Below are positions 28,337-37,550 of a stretch of DNA of 64,000 bases, in pieces. Source of the stretch: a virus (taxonomy: Duplodnaviria; Heunggongvirae; Uroviricota; Caudoviricetes); the IMG/VR virus record IMGVR_UViG_3300015262_000003, positions 39,242-103,241 of that record; one strand, written 5' to 3'. The position numbers and the translations under genes were made by a program. Positions within the stretch are counted from its first letter, which is position 1. Each line of letters starts with the position of its first letter. The notes beneath the pieces are model-generated. The model was not told the origin of the DNA, did no database searches, and was given only the letters and a program-made list of their open reading frames with translations.

Positions 28337-28522
28337 TTGAAAGATAAACTAACATCTCGGAAATTCATTTTGTGTTTCATTGTACAAATTCTATTGTTTA
28401 TCTTTCTATGGTTTGGTAAGATTGATGCTGGTGTTGTGCAAAACCTAACAGGGGTGATTATCACATCGTATATCGTGGGCAATGTGGCTCAGAAGAAATT
28501 GGTTACGGAGAAAGCTGTATGA
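28337..28522 (+). CDS. small membrane protein
   Basis: 61 aa, TTG start in the ORF track; two hydrophobic segments. Confidence 0.35.
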   Translation: MKDKLTSRKFILCFIVQILLFIFLWFGKIDAGVVQNLTGVIITSYIVGNVAQKKLVTEKAV

Positions 28523-28737
28523 TTATTAATGATAAACGCAATGAAGTGATTGTTATCAAATTTAAAGATTTGAAGCCCGGCCAAGTGTACCTTGATTATC
28601 ATGGTGCTTATGTTTTCGCTACTGATAATGATTTTGTCGTTGACCTAGCAACTGGTGAAGCAATTGCTGATGGTTCATACTACTCAGGTGTTGCTGACTC
28701 TTTCGAGAATGTTGATGCTAAATTGGAGATTTACTGA
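28519..28737 (+). CDS. hypothetical protein
   Basis: 72 aa. Confidence 0.45.
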   Translation: MIINDKRNEVIVIKFKDLKPGQVYLDYHGAYVFATDNDFVVDLATGEAIADGSYYSGVADSFENVDAKLEIY

Positions 28738-29135
28738 TGAAATTTAATGGTAAGATCAGTATTAGTCGGAACAATCACAACGAAATCAACATTCGTATTC
28801 GTGATGACGCTGCACGTCTGGAATTCCTTGACGTGAAAATGACACCCGAAGACTTCACTTTTCTGATTACAGGTCAAGCTCATGTACCAATTACTGGTGA
28901 AGTGAAAGGTTTGGACGTGGTAGGTAAAGTGAAAGTGATGGAAGAACGAAAAGTAACTACACCATCGTACATGAGTCGTGATCGTGCTGAGGAATGGCTT
29001 CTTCAGAACTGTCAAGAGGAAGGTTGGATTATTAACAACAATCTTGGTAGCCAAACCAGCATGAAATTCAATCATGCTGACAATAACCACACATTGAATT
29101 ATAGCGTATATAAATATATTGAGACTACAGAATGA
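28737..29135 (+). CDS. hypothetical protein
   Basis: 132 aa. Confidence 0.45.
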   Translation: MKFNGKISISRNNHNEINIRIRDDAARLEFLDVKMTPEDFTFLITGQAHVPITGEVKGLDVVGKVKVMEERKVTTPSYMSRDRAEEWLLQNCQEEGWIINNNLGSQTSMKFNHADNNHTLNYSVYKYIETTE

Positions 29136-29257
29136 ATTTTGAAGTGTTTGTAGATGGCACCCTTTGGGCAGCACGAGCTAGTGAGCTTCGTCTATGTGGC
29201 TACACAGTGATTGCTGACTTCAATGGACGATCCTACACGATCAAGTGGGAAGAATAA

Positions 29258-29554
29258 ATGAGCAAGATTGTTGATTTGACATTTGTTGGACAAGTGGATT
29301 CAATTTCACACGAAGATGAAGACCTTTACGTCAGCATTCGTGTGATTGACTATACGTCTGTGAAAGGAAGCTTCAGCCGCAACGCTGAATCTGATGACGA
29401 CTACTACGGTTATCGTGAATTCGATTGGGAAATCATACCAAATCGTAGTGGATATGGTGAAGTGGTGATGCTGACACGCAAGCAAGCTGATGATATTGCT
29501 GAGAAATATGAGGGTCAAATCATTGAACAGATCATTGAATACATGGAATCCTGA
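29258..29554 (+). CDS. hypothetical protein, paralog pair member 1 (DSIS / YYGY / EKY motifs)
   Basis: 98 aa; shares G..DSIS...YYGY.E.D...L.....A....KY with 29932..30306. Confidence 0.45.
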   Translation: MSKIVDLTFVGQVDSISHEDEDLYVSIRVIDYTSVKGSFSRNAESDDDYYGYREFDWEIIPNRSGYGEVVMLTRKQADDIAEKYEGQIIEQIIEYMES

Positions 29555-29691
29555 AGCCGACGAACGGTAGTAGACACACCATCACCACCTTGCTATAGTT
29601 CAATCACTGGATGGGGAATGACAAGAAGTCAGGAATTAGAAATTAAACGTTTCTAGCTACTTAATCTGAAATTCAACACAAGGTGAACAAA

Positions 29692-29898
29692 ATGAGCGAA
29701 GCCACTAAAGTATCTAGCCATTTCTCTGATGTATCGGGTTCCAACGTGCGCCATGTCTTCGATGAAGACGGTAAAAGCCTGTTGGGGATCATCTTCAAAG
29801 AAGGTCGTGGTAAATACCGTGTACAGCGCATTGATGGTAAAATCCGTACCAAAGAAACACTGCAAGACGCTTTTAAAACTGTACGACGAAGCAATTAA
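29692..29898 (+). CDS. hypothetical basic protein
   Basis: 68 aa from an ATG with RBS AAGGTGA. Confidence 0.4.
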   Translation: MSEATKVSSHFSDVSGSNVRHVFDEDGKSLLGIIFKEGRGKYRVQRIDGKIRTKETLQDAFKTVRRSN

Positions 29899-29931
29899 CC
29901 AATAGCCTCTACAAAGAGGCACATTAAATCC

Positions 29932-30306
29932 ATGGGAGTGATAATGAATAACGTCTACGAAGTTGCTTTGAATGGTCAGCTGGATAGCATTAGTTTTGGT
30001 AATCTGAACATTCTTCTGGATGTTGCTGTTACCCATCAGCTGGTAGTACCGGGTAGTTTTGATCCTAAAGCAGCCTCAGACCTTGAATATTATGGTTATT
30101 CAGAGATGGATTTCCTGATTACAGGTGGTGAATATTGGGATGGCTCCCAAGATGCTGAAAACTTTAGTGTATGGGTTCGTCTCACTGATGAACAGTTGAC
30201 GGAACTAGACGACAAGTATTCATCCGAGATTCAAGACATCTTGTGGGATCTTTCGGATAAAGCAAAGCTTGACGATGTTGAACTAAACCATTATCCTGCT
30301 GCATAA
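29932..30306 (+). CDS. hypothetical protein, paralog pair member 2
   Basis: 124 aa; paralog of 29258..29554. Confidence 0.45.
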   Translation: MGVIMNNVYEVALNGQLDSISFGNLNILLDVAVTHQLVVPGSFDPKAASDLEYYGYSEMDFLITGGEYWDGSQDAENFSVWVRLTDEQLTELDDKYSSEIQDILWDLSDKAKLDDVELNHYPAA

Positions 30307-30360
30307 CACAAGGTGACAAACGAGGGACCAAATGGTCCCTCTTCTACTGAGAGATTTAAG

Positions 30361-30555
30361 ATGAGTAAATACACAATTGAGGTAAGTATCACACCACTTT
30401 GTTGTAATTGTGGACAAGAGCTGGTTGTCTCTATGACTGAGAGTAAATCAACAGGACACCCTTTCGAACGTGATGACCCTTATGAAAGAAAGGATCGAAG
30501 GGTTTTCATTGAAGCATGTGATGTTTGCTATGAATACAAAGGAACACGGAAATGA
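30361..30555 (+). CDS. zinc-ribbon small protein
   Basis: CCNCG...CDVC pairs; start at the internal ATG (MSKYTIEV). Confidence 0.4.
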   Translation: MSKYTIEVSITPLCCNCGQELVVSMTESKSTGHPFERDDPYERKDRRVFIEACDVCYEYKGTRK

Positions 30556-30749
30556 CTGATCCACGTGAAGAAGCTATTCGTGATTGCAAATATGCTAAGT
30601 CTCTTGGTGATCATGCTCTTAGTGAGCACATTGGTCACTGGTTGACAGGCGCTACGACAAATGATAGCGATGCTGAGTACCAGAAGACAATTCAAGAGAT
30701 TTCTGTGTTTCTTGATACACCAGTTTGCTTACTTAAGGATTCTAAATGA
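30552..30749 (+). CDS. hypothetical protein
   Basis: 65 aa. Confidence 0.4.
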   Translation: MTDPREEAIRDCKYAKSLGDHALSEHIGHWLTGATTNDSDAEYQKTIQEISVFLDTPVCLLKDSK

Positions 30750-30958
30750 TCGCGTATAATGGACCAAAGTCGTATCTTGAGTTTGCTGTATGGCACGGAC
30801 GACGTAATCTGAGAACTGAGCGTGTTGGTCAAGCCTTTTTCAATGACTTCAACTTTGAAGTGAATAACTCATTTTATAATGAAGATGTTTACTTGGTGAT
30901 TTCAGACATCACAGATGCACTCACTGAGATTTACCCTGATTTCTTTGGTGGTGCATGA
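30746..30958 (+). CDS. hypothetical protein
   Basis: 70 aa. Confidence 0.4.
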   Translation: MIAYNGPKSYLEFAVWHGRRNLRTERVGQAFFNDFNFEVNNSFYNEDVYLVISDITDALTEIYPDFFGGA

Positions 30959-31152
30959 CAACGCTTCAGGGTAAGTTTGAGCTAGCGATGGAAGCCAAGA
31001 CAGGTACACCACGAGCCAAGATCAAGGCTGAGCGCTGTCCATATGGAGAGTATAGCACCATAGCCTTACGTGAAGCCTACTACTGGTTTAAAACTGGCTA
31101 CTGGAATGGCTTTATTGAGTGCGAAGATCGTGTGCTGAAAGGTGACTATTAG
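30955..31152 (+). CDS. hypothetical protein
   Basis: 65 aa. Confidence 0.4.
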   Translation: MTTLQGKFELAMEAKTGTPRAKIKAERCPYGEYSTIALREAYYWFKTGYWNGFIECEDRVLKGDY

Positions 31153-31249
31153 ACAAGCAGTATGTCAGGGTGTCTTGACAGATAACGTGGTTTTAGACGT
31201 GTAAAACATAGGCAAACAATGCCTTATCAATCGAATATAGAGGGTGTTT

Positions 31250-31427
31250 TGTGTATACAGAAGGTGATATAGTCCAGCTGAAATCTGGCGGACCAAAGAT
31301 GACAGTAAGCTGGACTCAAATAACATCAGGTGGTCAGAAGGTTTACGTAAATTGGTTTAATAATGTCGGTGATAATAAATCTGACTCTTTTAGTGAAAAC
31401 ATGTTAAAGTATGGGAGTGAAATTTAG
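31250..31427 (+). CDS. DUF2158-like small protein (GTG start, not in ORF track)
   Basis: manual: VYTEGDIVQLKSGGPKMTVSWTQITSGGQKVYVNWFNNVGDNKS...; the GDxVxLKSGGPxMTV signature of the YjdC/DUF2158 family; RBS AGAGGG. Confidence 0.4.
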
Positions 31428-31846
31428 TGTCTGCTAATCTTGATCTAGTAAAAGAACGCAATATATCTGATGAGAACGTTGAACGCATCAACGCCATTCA
31501 TGAGGGTTTGGAGCAGCTGATTGACACCTACTCGCTTGAGTGTGACTATGACTCAACAATTGAGCTGATTCGTCAAGCTGAGTATGCACTTCAAGACCTT
31601 TGGGGTTTCAACCTTGACACTCTTTACCACACGTGGGTGAATGTCTTCAATCAGAAACATTTCAAGCTCCAATGGGTTGGGCGTACATTTCAGTGTGTTG
31701 AAACTGGAGCAGTTAGAACTATTCCTGAAGACATTTATCAACGTCAAATCATCACGATCAGTGGTAATTCAGCAATTGATCTTGGTGTTGCTAATGGGTA
31801 CAGCCGGACTATTGGTAATCTCACTGAGGTGTTTGATCATGCTTGA
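31427..31846 (+). CDS. hypothetical protein
   Basis: 139 aa (GTG start). Confidence 0.45.
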   Translation: MSANLDLVKERNISDENVERINAIHEGLEQLIDTYSLECDYDSTIELIRQAEYALQDLWGFNLDTLYHTWVNVFNQKHFKLQWVGRTFQCVETGAVRTIPEDIYQRQIITISGNSAIDLGVANGYSRTIGNLTEVFDHA

Positions 31847-32258
31847 ACAAACCGAAGACCAGATGGAAACCTTGCTTGAGTCTAAGCTTGGTGACTTCAA
31901 GAAACAACTGAGTCAAATCAATGAAGATGCTTTGAGTAAACTCTATACAGATGTACTACCATATGTCTTGAGTGATACGCAATACAACATGGTGAACATC
32001 ATTGATGATTGTCTTGGTAAAATTATCAAAGGTAATTTCAAGGTAGAAATTGATCAATGGAACAACTACACCATCACCGTTGAAGATCAGAATGGTTTTA
32101 CACACTGTCTGCGTGAGAGTTCTACCACTATTTGGGGAACACTAGTCAAGGCTATTTATGATGCTAACCCTCAAGCTCTTGAGAATGCTCATATCAAGCA
32201 GTTGGAAGCGCGTATTGAGAGTCTTCAGGATAATCTGACACGAGCGTACCAACGATGA
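31839..32258 (+). CDS. hypothetical protein
   Basis: start at the internal ATG (MLEQTEDQ) overlapping the upstream stop. Confidence 0.45.
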   Translation: MLEQTEDQMETLLESKLGDFKKQLSQINEDALSKLYTDVLPYVLSDTQYNMVNIIDDCLGKIIKGNFKVEIDQWNNYTITVEDQNGFTHCLRESSTTIWGTLVKAIYDANPQALENAHIKQLEARIESLQDNLTRAYQR

Positions 32259-32412
32259 GTATCCAACGATATGACTCATGTTGCTGTGTAGGTGAAGAGG
32301 ATGATGGTGAATTTGTTTATTACGATGAACACAAACTTGAAATAGATGCTTTACAAGCTGAGATAGTTCGGTTAAAATCACTGCTTGAATGCGACTTGGA
32401 TGATATGAAATG
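32255..32412 (+). CDS. hypothetical Cys-rich small protein (52 aa, not in ORF track)
   Basis: manual: MSIQRYDSCCCVGEEDDGEFVYYDEHKLEIDALQAEIVRLKSLLECDLDDMK. Confidence 0.35.
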
Positions 32413-32676
32413 AGTAAGAAATTGCTAGAAAGTGTGGTAAAGAGTCTTCGTCCAAACTTCGATGATTACATGTGTGATGCAGACTATTGGGCAGACTATG
32501 ACGCGGAGTTAGACTATCTGCTTCAATCTGAGAGTCGAGAAGACTTGATCACATATATTAATAAATCAATGTTTTGTGGGTTTTCTCAACACCCCGATCA
32601 TCACGCTTGTACCGATGTTGCATCTACGTTACAATCAGCTGACAGTAGTTATGCTGGTGTGTTTAAATTCAATTAA
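32410..32676 (+). CDS. hypothetical protein
   Basis: 88 aa. Confidence 0.45.
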   Translation: MSKKLLESVVKSLRPNFDDYMCDADYWADYDAELDYLLQSESREDLITYINKSMFCGFSQHPDHHACTDVASTLQSADSSYAGVFKFN

Positions 32677-32691
32677 GCTTGAGAGAATGAA

Positions 32692-33000
32692 ATGAACGTG
32701 AATGGAATGCTGGAAATTCTCAAGAATAAAGACTTTGATATTCTGAGTTTACCTCTTGAGTTTGATGTCTTGTTTCATGGTAAATTCAGGCTTGACAATC
32801 GAGCTAAGAAGGTGCTGAACAAGACAATGGATACTGACTTCATTGCTGTTTATCGTGGATATGATTACTACTCAGAACAGTGGAAAGGTGATAGTATCAG
32901 TTGGGATGCTGAGCATGTCTACATTGTCACATCTAAGCGAAAACTTATTGGTATGTACAACTCTGAATGGGCTTCAATTGAAAAGGTTGCTGAAGAATGA
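32692..33000 (+). CDS. hypothetical protein
   Basis: 102 aa, RBS GAGAGAATGAAATG region. Confidence 0.45.
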   Translation: MNVNGMLEILKNKDFDILSLPLEFDVLFHGKFRLDNRAKKVLNKTMDTDFIAVYRGYDYYSEQWKGDSISWDAEHVYIVTSKRKLIGMYNSEWASIEKVAEE

Positions 33001-33352
33001 AACCTAACCAGAAGTTAACGCCTAAATACTGGATTTGGTCATGACAAGTCGAATGATGAAGTGTTCACTGACACCATGCACAAGAGTAAGTCAGATACAG
33101 CTGTAGCTATGGCAACTCACCTTGGGGTGGATTGGCAGATCGATGATGACCTTGAAATCATTCTGATTGAAGTTAAGAAAGTAATCTAATCATTTAGTAA
33201 GGAATAATTTGTGCGAGCAGTAGTAGTTTCGATGAAGAAAGTTAAAGACCACGAGTATGAGCAAGAAGTGCGAGAGTTTCGACGTGCTGAGAAAAATAAA
33301 CGATTGAGCCGGCGCGTTCAACGAGACAATAAACGGAGTGGGGAAGGTGACG

Positions 33353-33610
33353 ATGAGTAAGCTTAAAGTTGGTATTGCATTGGTGGCAGCTATGTTTCTT
33401 GCTGGTTGTAGTGATCCAAAAGGTGCAGAGAAAGCACTAACTGGCGCTGGGTATACTGAGATTCGCACCACAGGATACAACTGGTTTTCATGCAGCAAAG
33501 ATGACTCATACAGCACAGGTTTTGAAGCTAAAGGTCCAACTGGTGTTCCAGTGAAAGGTGCTGTGTGTTCTGGTTTGCTATTTAAGAATTCGACAATTCG
33601 AACGGAGTGA
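33353..33610 (+). CDS. small lipoprotein (lipobox LAGC)
   Basis: MSKLKVGIALVAAMFLAGCSD signal peptide with lipobox; mature protein about 65 aa with a Cys pair; candidate superinfection-exclusion/receptor-blocking lipoprotein (analogy only). Confidence 0.5.
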   Translation: MSKLKVGIALVAAMFLAGCSDPKGAEKALTGAGYTEIRTTGYNWFSCSKDDSYSTGFEAKGPTGVPVKGAVCSGLLFKNSTIRTE

Positions 33611-33870
33611 CATTGATGAGTGTGTTTGATATACGTGGTAATGTAGCAGAAGTGAGTAGTATTGTCTTTGCTGATGATGTAGGTCGAGAGAATGTAAACC
33701 ATTGTTATGAGTTGAAGAAGTGGAGCGTTGTTTCTAATATGGTGGCTATCACTGACGCTGACCATGAAGTTGGTGAAACCAATGATTATGTGGTTGTTAG
33801 TAGCAAGGAACATGCTGAACACTTGATCAAAGCTCTGAATAAAGCAGTATCTCTAGGTTGGCTGAAGTGA
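33607..33870 (+). CDS. hypothetical protein
   Basis: 87 aa. Confidence 0.45.
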   Translation: MTLMSVFDIRGNVAEVSSIVFADDVGRENVNHCYELKKWSVVSNMVAITDADHEVGETNDYVVVSSKEHAEHLIKALNKAVSLGWLK

Positions 33871-34094
33871 TGGATACATTCTATTTGGTTTGTGCTTGGG
33901 ATGGTTATTATCCAGAAGGTGGTTTGAATAACATTCATCTTGTTACCTTTGATGAACAAGAAGCTAAAGACTTTAGAGAAGAATGTGTAAGGATTGGTAT
34001 TCCATGTCCTTATGATAAAACTAGCGACAGTCGATATCATCGTGATAATGTTGTAATGTTTACCAGTGATCAATTACCTTGGAGTGATAAATGA
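33858..34094 (+). CDS. hypothetical protein
   Basis: 78 aa. Confidence 0.45.
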   Translation: MAEVMDTFYLVCAWDGYYPEGGLNNIHLVTFDEQEAKDFREECVRIGIPCPYDKTSDSRYHRDNVVMFTSDQLPWSDK

Positions 34095-34294
34095 AAACTT
34101 TGTATAAATGGCTAGCATATATGATTAGCAGCTTTGTAATCCTAGCTTTCTGTGTACCAACACTGTTGAGTATGCCTGATACAATTGCTGTACTTATGGG
34201 TTTTGGTTTGGGTGGTGCGTGGTTTATTATTACCATCCTAATCATCACTTCTTACATCAAGGTTAAGAAAACTGAATCTGTCAAAGCAATCTAA
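34091..34294 (+). CDS. small inner-membrane protein (2 TM)
   Basis: 67 aa; two hydrophobic helices. Confidence 0.5.
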   Translation: MKTLYKWLAYMISSFVILAFCVPTLLSMPDTIAVLMGFGLGGAWFIITILIITSYIKVKKTESVKAI

Positions 34295-34315
34295 CTGATA
34301 TAATTAGGAGAAGAA

Positions 34316-35149
34316 ATGAAGTTTATTAAAAAAGCTGGTGTAGCACTGATGGCTATAGCAATGGCTGTCTCGATGGGATGCTCTAAAGTACCAGCTGGTC
34401 ACACTGGCGTCATTGTCAACCTGATGGGTAGTGATAAAGGTGTTGCTCTACAAGAAGCCAGCACAGGTTATAAGTTTCTAACTCCAAATGAAGAGTTGTT
34501 CTTGTTCCCAACCTTCAACCAGAACTTTGCTGTAGGTGTTGCTAGTTTCCAAGATCGTGATGGTATGACAATTACAGCACCACTCGGTTTGACAATTCGT
34601 GCTAAAGAAGGTGCGGCACCAACCTTGTTCAAAACATTCCGTAAAGGTATGGATGAGATTGTAACTGTCAATGTTCCTCAAGTGCTGAAGAATGAGCTGA
34701 ACAATGCAGGCTCTAAGCTTCGTGCTGAAGATGTATATGGTCCGGGTAAAGAAGCATTCATCAAGAGTATTGAGAAGAAACTTCAGGACCACTTCGAACC
34801 AAAAGGTATTATCGTTGAGTCGCTATACTTGACAGGTGAAGTTGGTCTGCCGGGTCCAGTTAAAGATGCATTGAATCGTAAGATTGAAGCAACACAGAAA
34901 GCTCAACAACGTGAGAATGAACTTCGTCAAACCCAAGCAGAAGCAGCTAAAGAAGTTGCACAAGCTGAAGGTACTAAACAAGCAGCAATCCTGCGTGCGG
35001 AAGGTGAAGCTCAAGCACTGAACATCAAAGGTAAAGCTTTGCAGAACAATCCCGGTGTAGTTGAACTGAATGCAATTGACAAGTGGAATGGTGTACTTCC
35101 TCAGTATATGGGTGGTAACTCCCCAACACCATTCATTAATGTAAAGTGA
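34316..35149 (+). CDS. SPFH/band-7 (prohibitin/stomatin-like) domain lipoprotein
   Basis: 277 aa; signal peptide plus lipobox AVSMGC; the C-terminal QRENELRQTQAEAAKEVAQAEG...AILRAEGEAQA segment is typical of the SPFH coiled-coil; RBS AGGAGAAG. Confidence 0.6.
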   Translation: MKFIKKAGVALMAIAMAVSMGCSKVPAGHTGVIVNLMGSDKGVALQEASTGYKFLTPNEELFLFPTFNQNFAVGVASFQDRDGMTITAPLGLTIRAKEGAAPTLFKTFRKGMDEIVTVNVPQVLKNELNNAGSKLRAEDVYGPGKEAFIKSIEKKLQDHFEPKGIIVESLYLTGEVGLPGPVKDALNRKIEATQKAQQRENELRQTQAEAAKEVAQAEGTKQAAILRAEGEAQALNIKGKALQNNPGVVELNAIDKWNGVLPQYMGGNSPTPFINVK

Positions 35150-35180
35150 TCGCTTCGTAATATAACACAGTAACAAAACA

Positions 35181-35207
35181 AGCCCGCATTAGCGGGCTTT
35201 TCTTTGT
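35181..35207 (+). terminator. rho-independent terminator (AGCCCGC-ATT-GCGGGCT + TTTTCTTTGTC)
   Basis: GC hairpin followed by a U-tract directly after the SPFH gene. Confidence 0.7.
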
Positions 35208-35768
35208 CTTAAATATAATGCACTTTGATTAATATTGAAAGAATGCATTCAATACGGTACAGATGCTACTATATATTGATTGTGACCTGCACTACAGGTG
35301 GTTTTGAAGTATCGGATTTATACTATACCCCTTTTCACTATACGGCGATTTGGGAAATGGTAAAACTGAGAATGGTGAGATTGGAAAGTTGAGGTACGGG
35401 AATTAGCTCGGAATAGCATCGATTCTCAAATGCAAATGAGAATGCTTCATCATAGCTAGGCGCTATTGATACTGGTTAGTTCATAGTTTGAATTAACTAA
35501 TACAATACAGGCGGCAGTGAGCCCCCAATTCATTGGCGACTTTCAAAATGGTACTCCCTTATTTTTGCATCGTCAACATTTATTTTTAGGCACTGTTTAT
35601 GCAATAGCAATTTGTGTGCCAACGCCAAATAACGCCCACCCTCCCTGTTTATCTCCGGTGCTTGGCGTCCCTCGCCTGCGTTGCCCGCTGTGTATGATTA
35701 TACGTCACCTACAAAACAATACAAGCGCTATTTTCATATTTCTTTCAGCGAAAGCCAGGTGATTTTGC

Positions 35769-35795
35769 TTGACAGCCTGGTATTTTCTGTGATAT
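35769..35795 (+). promoter_or_regulatory. possible promoter (TTGACA-N15-TGATAT), upstream copy of the GACAGSCTGG promoter
   Basis: ttgaca 35769-35774; weaker -10. Confidence 0.35.
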
Positions 35796-35850
35796 GCGCA
35801 CGCGCCCGGTTCATTTATTGAGGCTTGACGAAAATAATCTAAAATGAGTG

Positions 35851-35878
35851 TTGACAGGCTGGCGGTGTGCTGTAGAAT
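35851..35878 (+). promoter_or_regulatory. promoter TTGACA-N16-TGTAGAAT
   Basis: consensus -35 and extended -10; leader ATCGAAAGCAAACAA follows. Confidence 0.6.
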
Positions 35879-35919
35879 TCACCATATCGAAAGCAAACAA
35901 GCTTAAAGGAATTCAGAAC

Positions 35920-36132
35920 ATGAACATTCAGGAACAAGCTAAAATCATTCGCCGCGAAGGTGTGATCCTTTCTCGTTTTGATAAGGAAAAGGAAGACGGT
36001 TTAGTGACTGGATTGTTTATTGTTTGGCAGGGTAACGAATGGTTTATCCGTATGAAAAACGGTGTGGTTATGAGTTGCCGTAACCTTGACATTAAAGCAC
36101 AAGCAATTGTTAATAAGGTGAATTCCAAATGA
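35920..36132 (+). CDS. hypothetical protein
   Basis: 70 aa from the ATG at 35920 with RBS AAAGGA. Confidence 0.45.
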   Translation: MNIQEQAKIIRREGVILSRFDKEKEDGLVTGLFIVWQGNEWFIRMKNGVVMSCRNLDIKAQAIVNKVNSK

Positions 36133-36410
36133 AAGAGCATAACGAAAAAGGCCACTTGAATATTTTTAAACGTGATCATGAAAGTGTTGTGACTGGATTC
36201 GGTAAACATGACCGAGTTGTCGCCTTTCTTCCCAATCCAGAAGGCTTGTATATTCGTGTGGATCATTTGTGGAAATTAGGCAACCCTACCAATGAAGAGA
36301 TTTTGAAGGCAGCCAAGAAGGATCAAGGGATTGGTGGGAAGTGGATTTTTGATAAATCCGAACAATGGGACGATGGTTCTAGCACTGATTATTATTTCAA
36401 ACGTTTGTGA
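36129..36410 (+). CDS. hypothetical protein
   Basis: 93 aa. Confidence 0.45.
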   Translation: MKEHNEKGHLNIFKRDHESVVTGFGKHDRVVAFLPNPEGLYIRVDHLWKLGNPTNEEILKAAKKDQGIGGKWIFDKSEQWDDGSSTDYYFKRL

Positions 36411-36419
36411 GGAAACGGT

Positions 36420-36626
36420 ATGTTTTATCATTACAGAATTCGTTTAGGTATTGCGACACTGAATAAAATACATTCAGACGGTAATGATGTTGACGAAAAA
36501 CCTAAGTCAATCGGTAAATTCAAAAGTGAAAGTGAAGCAAAGGAAGCTTGCAAAGCACACTTTGAAAAGGTTTGCAAGCTGGTAATGAATACCGGGCGAG
36601 AATTACCAACAATGAGTTTTGTTTAA
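36420..36626 (+). CDS. hypothetical protein
   Basis: 68 aa. Confidence 0.4.
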   Translation: MFYHYRIRLGIATLNKIHSDGNDVDEKPKSIGKFKSESEAKEACKAHFEKVCKLVMNTGRELPTMSFV

Positions 36627-36634
36627 AATAAAGC

Positions 36635-36662
36635 TTGACGGATATTCTAATTGGTCTAGAAT
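36635..36662 (+). promoter_or_regulatory. promoter TTGACG-N16-TCTAGAAT
   Basis: seen directly; preceded by the TAAAATAAAG A-tract. Confidence 0.55.
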
Positions 36663-36696
36663 ATCCGTTATCAAAACCAAACATGGAATCGAAAGA

Positions 36697-36903
36697 ATGA
36701 AACGTCCAGAAGGCAAGCCAGTAGAAATACGCTTTTGCACTTATGCAAATGCTACCGGTCCTAAGTTCGAAGTGTTGCACGCCTACAAACTTCCTGTTAG
36801 CAATATGTCTAAAGAAGATTGCATTAAATTCCGCGATGAATTGTATAAAAACCCTCATTGTGGTACATGTACAATCTATCTCGATAACGGCTGTCATATC
36901 TAA
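36697..36903 (+). CDS. hypothetical Cys-rich protein
   Basis: 68 aa from the first ATG downstream of the promoter (MKRPEGKP...); CGTC...GC. Confidence 0.4.
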   Translation: MKRPEGKPVEIRFCTYANATGPKFEVLHAYKLPVSNMSKEDCIKFRDELYKNPHCGTCTIYLDNGCHI

Positions 36904-36911
36904 AATAAGTG

Positions 36912-36939
36912 TTGACGGGTGTTCCGATTAGTGTAGAAT
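36912..36939 (+). promoter_or_regulatory. promoter TTGACG-N16-TGTAGAAT
   Basis: seen directly. Confidence 0.55.
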
Positions 36940-36982
36940 ATCCGTCAACAAGGCAGAAAGCCTAACAATTGGAGTTTCCTAA

Positions 36983-37216
36983 ATGCGTTCAATTAAAACC
37001 CTAGCTCGTGAAGCTTATAAAAACCGATATGCATTCGGGCATGTCACTATTGACAAAGACGGGACAATGCTAGGTCACTGGCACGACACTCGCCAGAAGC
37101 TTAACCCTGTAGAGCTGGGAAACATTACCGATTGTTCCACAAGGGTTAACGAACGCAAGACAGGTATTCTGTTTTATAACCGCCACTTTCTCGTTTACAC
37201 TTTCGCAATGGAATAG
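36983..37216 (+). CDS. hypothetical protein
   Basis: 77 aa. Confidence 0.45.
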   Translation: MRSIKTLAREAYKNRYAFGHVTIDKDGTMLGHWHDTRQKLNPVELGNITDCSTRVNERKTGILFYNRHFLVYTFAME

Positions 37217-37226
37217 AAAATAAGTG

Positions 37227-37254
37227 TTGACGGCTCATTCAAACCCTGTAGAAT
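37227..37254 (+). promoter_or_regulatory. promoter TTGACG-N16-TGTAGAAT
   Basis: seen directly. Confidence 0.55.
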
Positions 37255-37292
37255 GAGCCACAAGCCCAAACGAACTTAACGGAATTCTCTAA

Positions 37293-37547
37293 ATGTCAAA
37301 GTTTAACGGTGTAGAATTGACACAAGAAACAATCCTAGAATGTCGTCAATGGTTTGCTGACAATTGTCAAGCTTGTATCAATGACGCTATCAGTGGTGAA
37401 CAAAAGGTCAATGACATTACGTCTTATATCGTTTGGCAAACCGAATCCAAACAAAATGCATTGATTGGTAAGTGGGACTATACATTTGCATTCTTACAAC
37501 GCGCTCACTTTATGCAAACTGGCGAGTGTGTAGCGCTTCTAAAATAA
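37293..37547 (+). CDS. hypothetical protein
   Basis: 84 aa. Confidence 0.45.
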   Translation: MSKFNGVELTQETILECRQWFADNCQACINDAISGEQKVNDITSYIVWQTESKQNALIGKWDYTFAFLQRAHFMQTGECVALLK

Positions 37548-37550
37548 TCA

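Noticed and set aside
28731-29174. 147-aa ORF on the - strand
   Set aside because: Antisense to the + strand gene 28737-29135; no RBS; shadow ORF.
31175-31207. TTGACA at 31175 as the promoter for the DUF2158-like gene
   Set aside because: Candidate -10 elements are at 13-nt or 21-nt spacing; no clean match, so it was not annotated.
33190-33822. 210-aa ORF on the - strand inside the rightward block
   Set aside because: Overlaps three colinear + strand genes with good RBSs; shadow ORF.
35517-35762. 81-aa ORF inside the 700-bp gap
   Set aside because: Pro/Leu/Cys-rich translation of a GC-rich segment, no RBS, sits upstream of the mapped promoters; more likely non-coding.
35825-35845. TTGACG at 35825 as an additional promoter
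   Set aside because: The only -10-like hexamer (TAAAAT) is 9 nt downstream; spacing is incompatible; more likely part of an A-rich UP element for the 35851 promoter.
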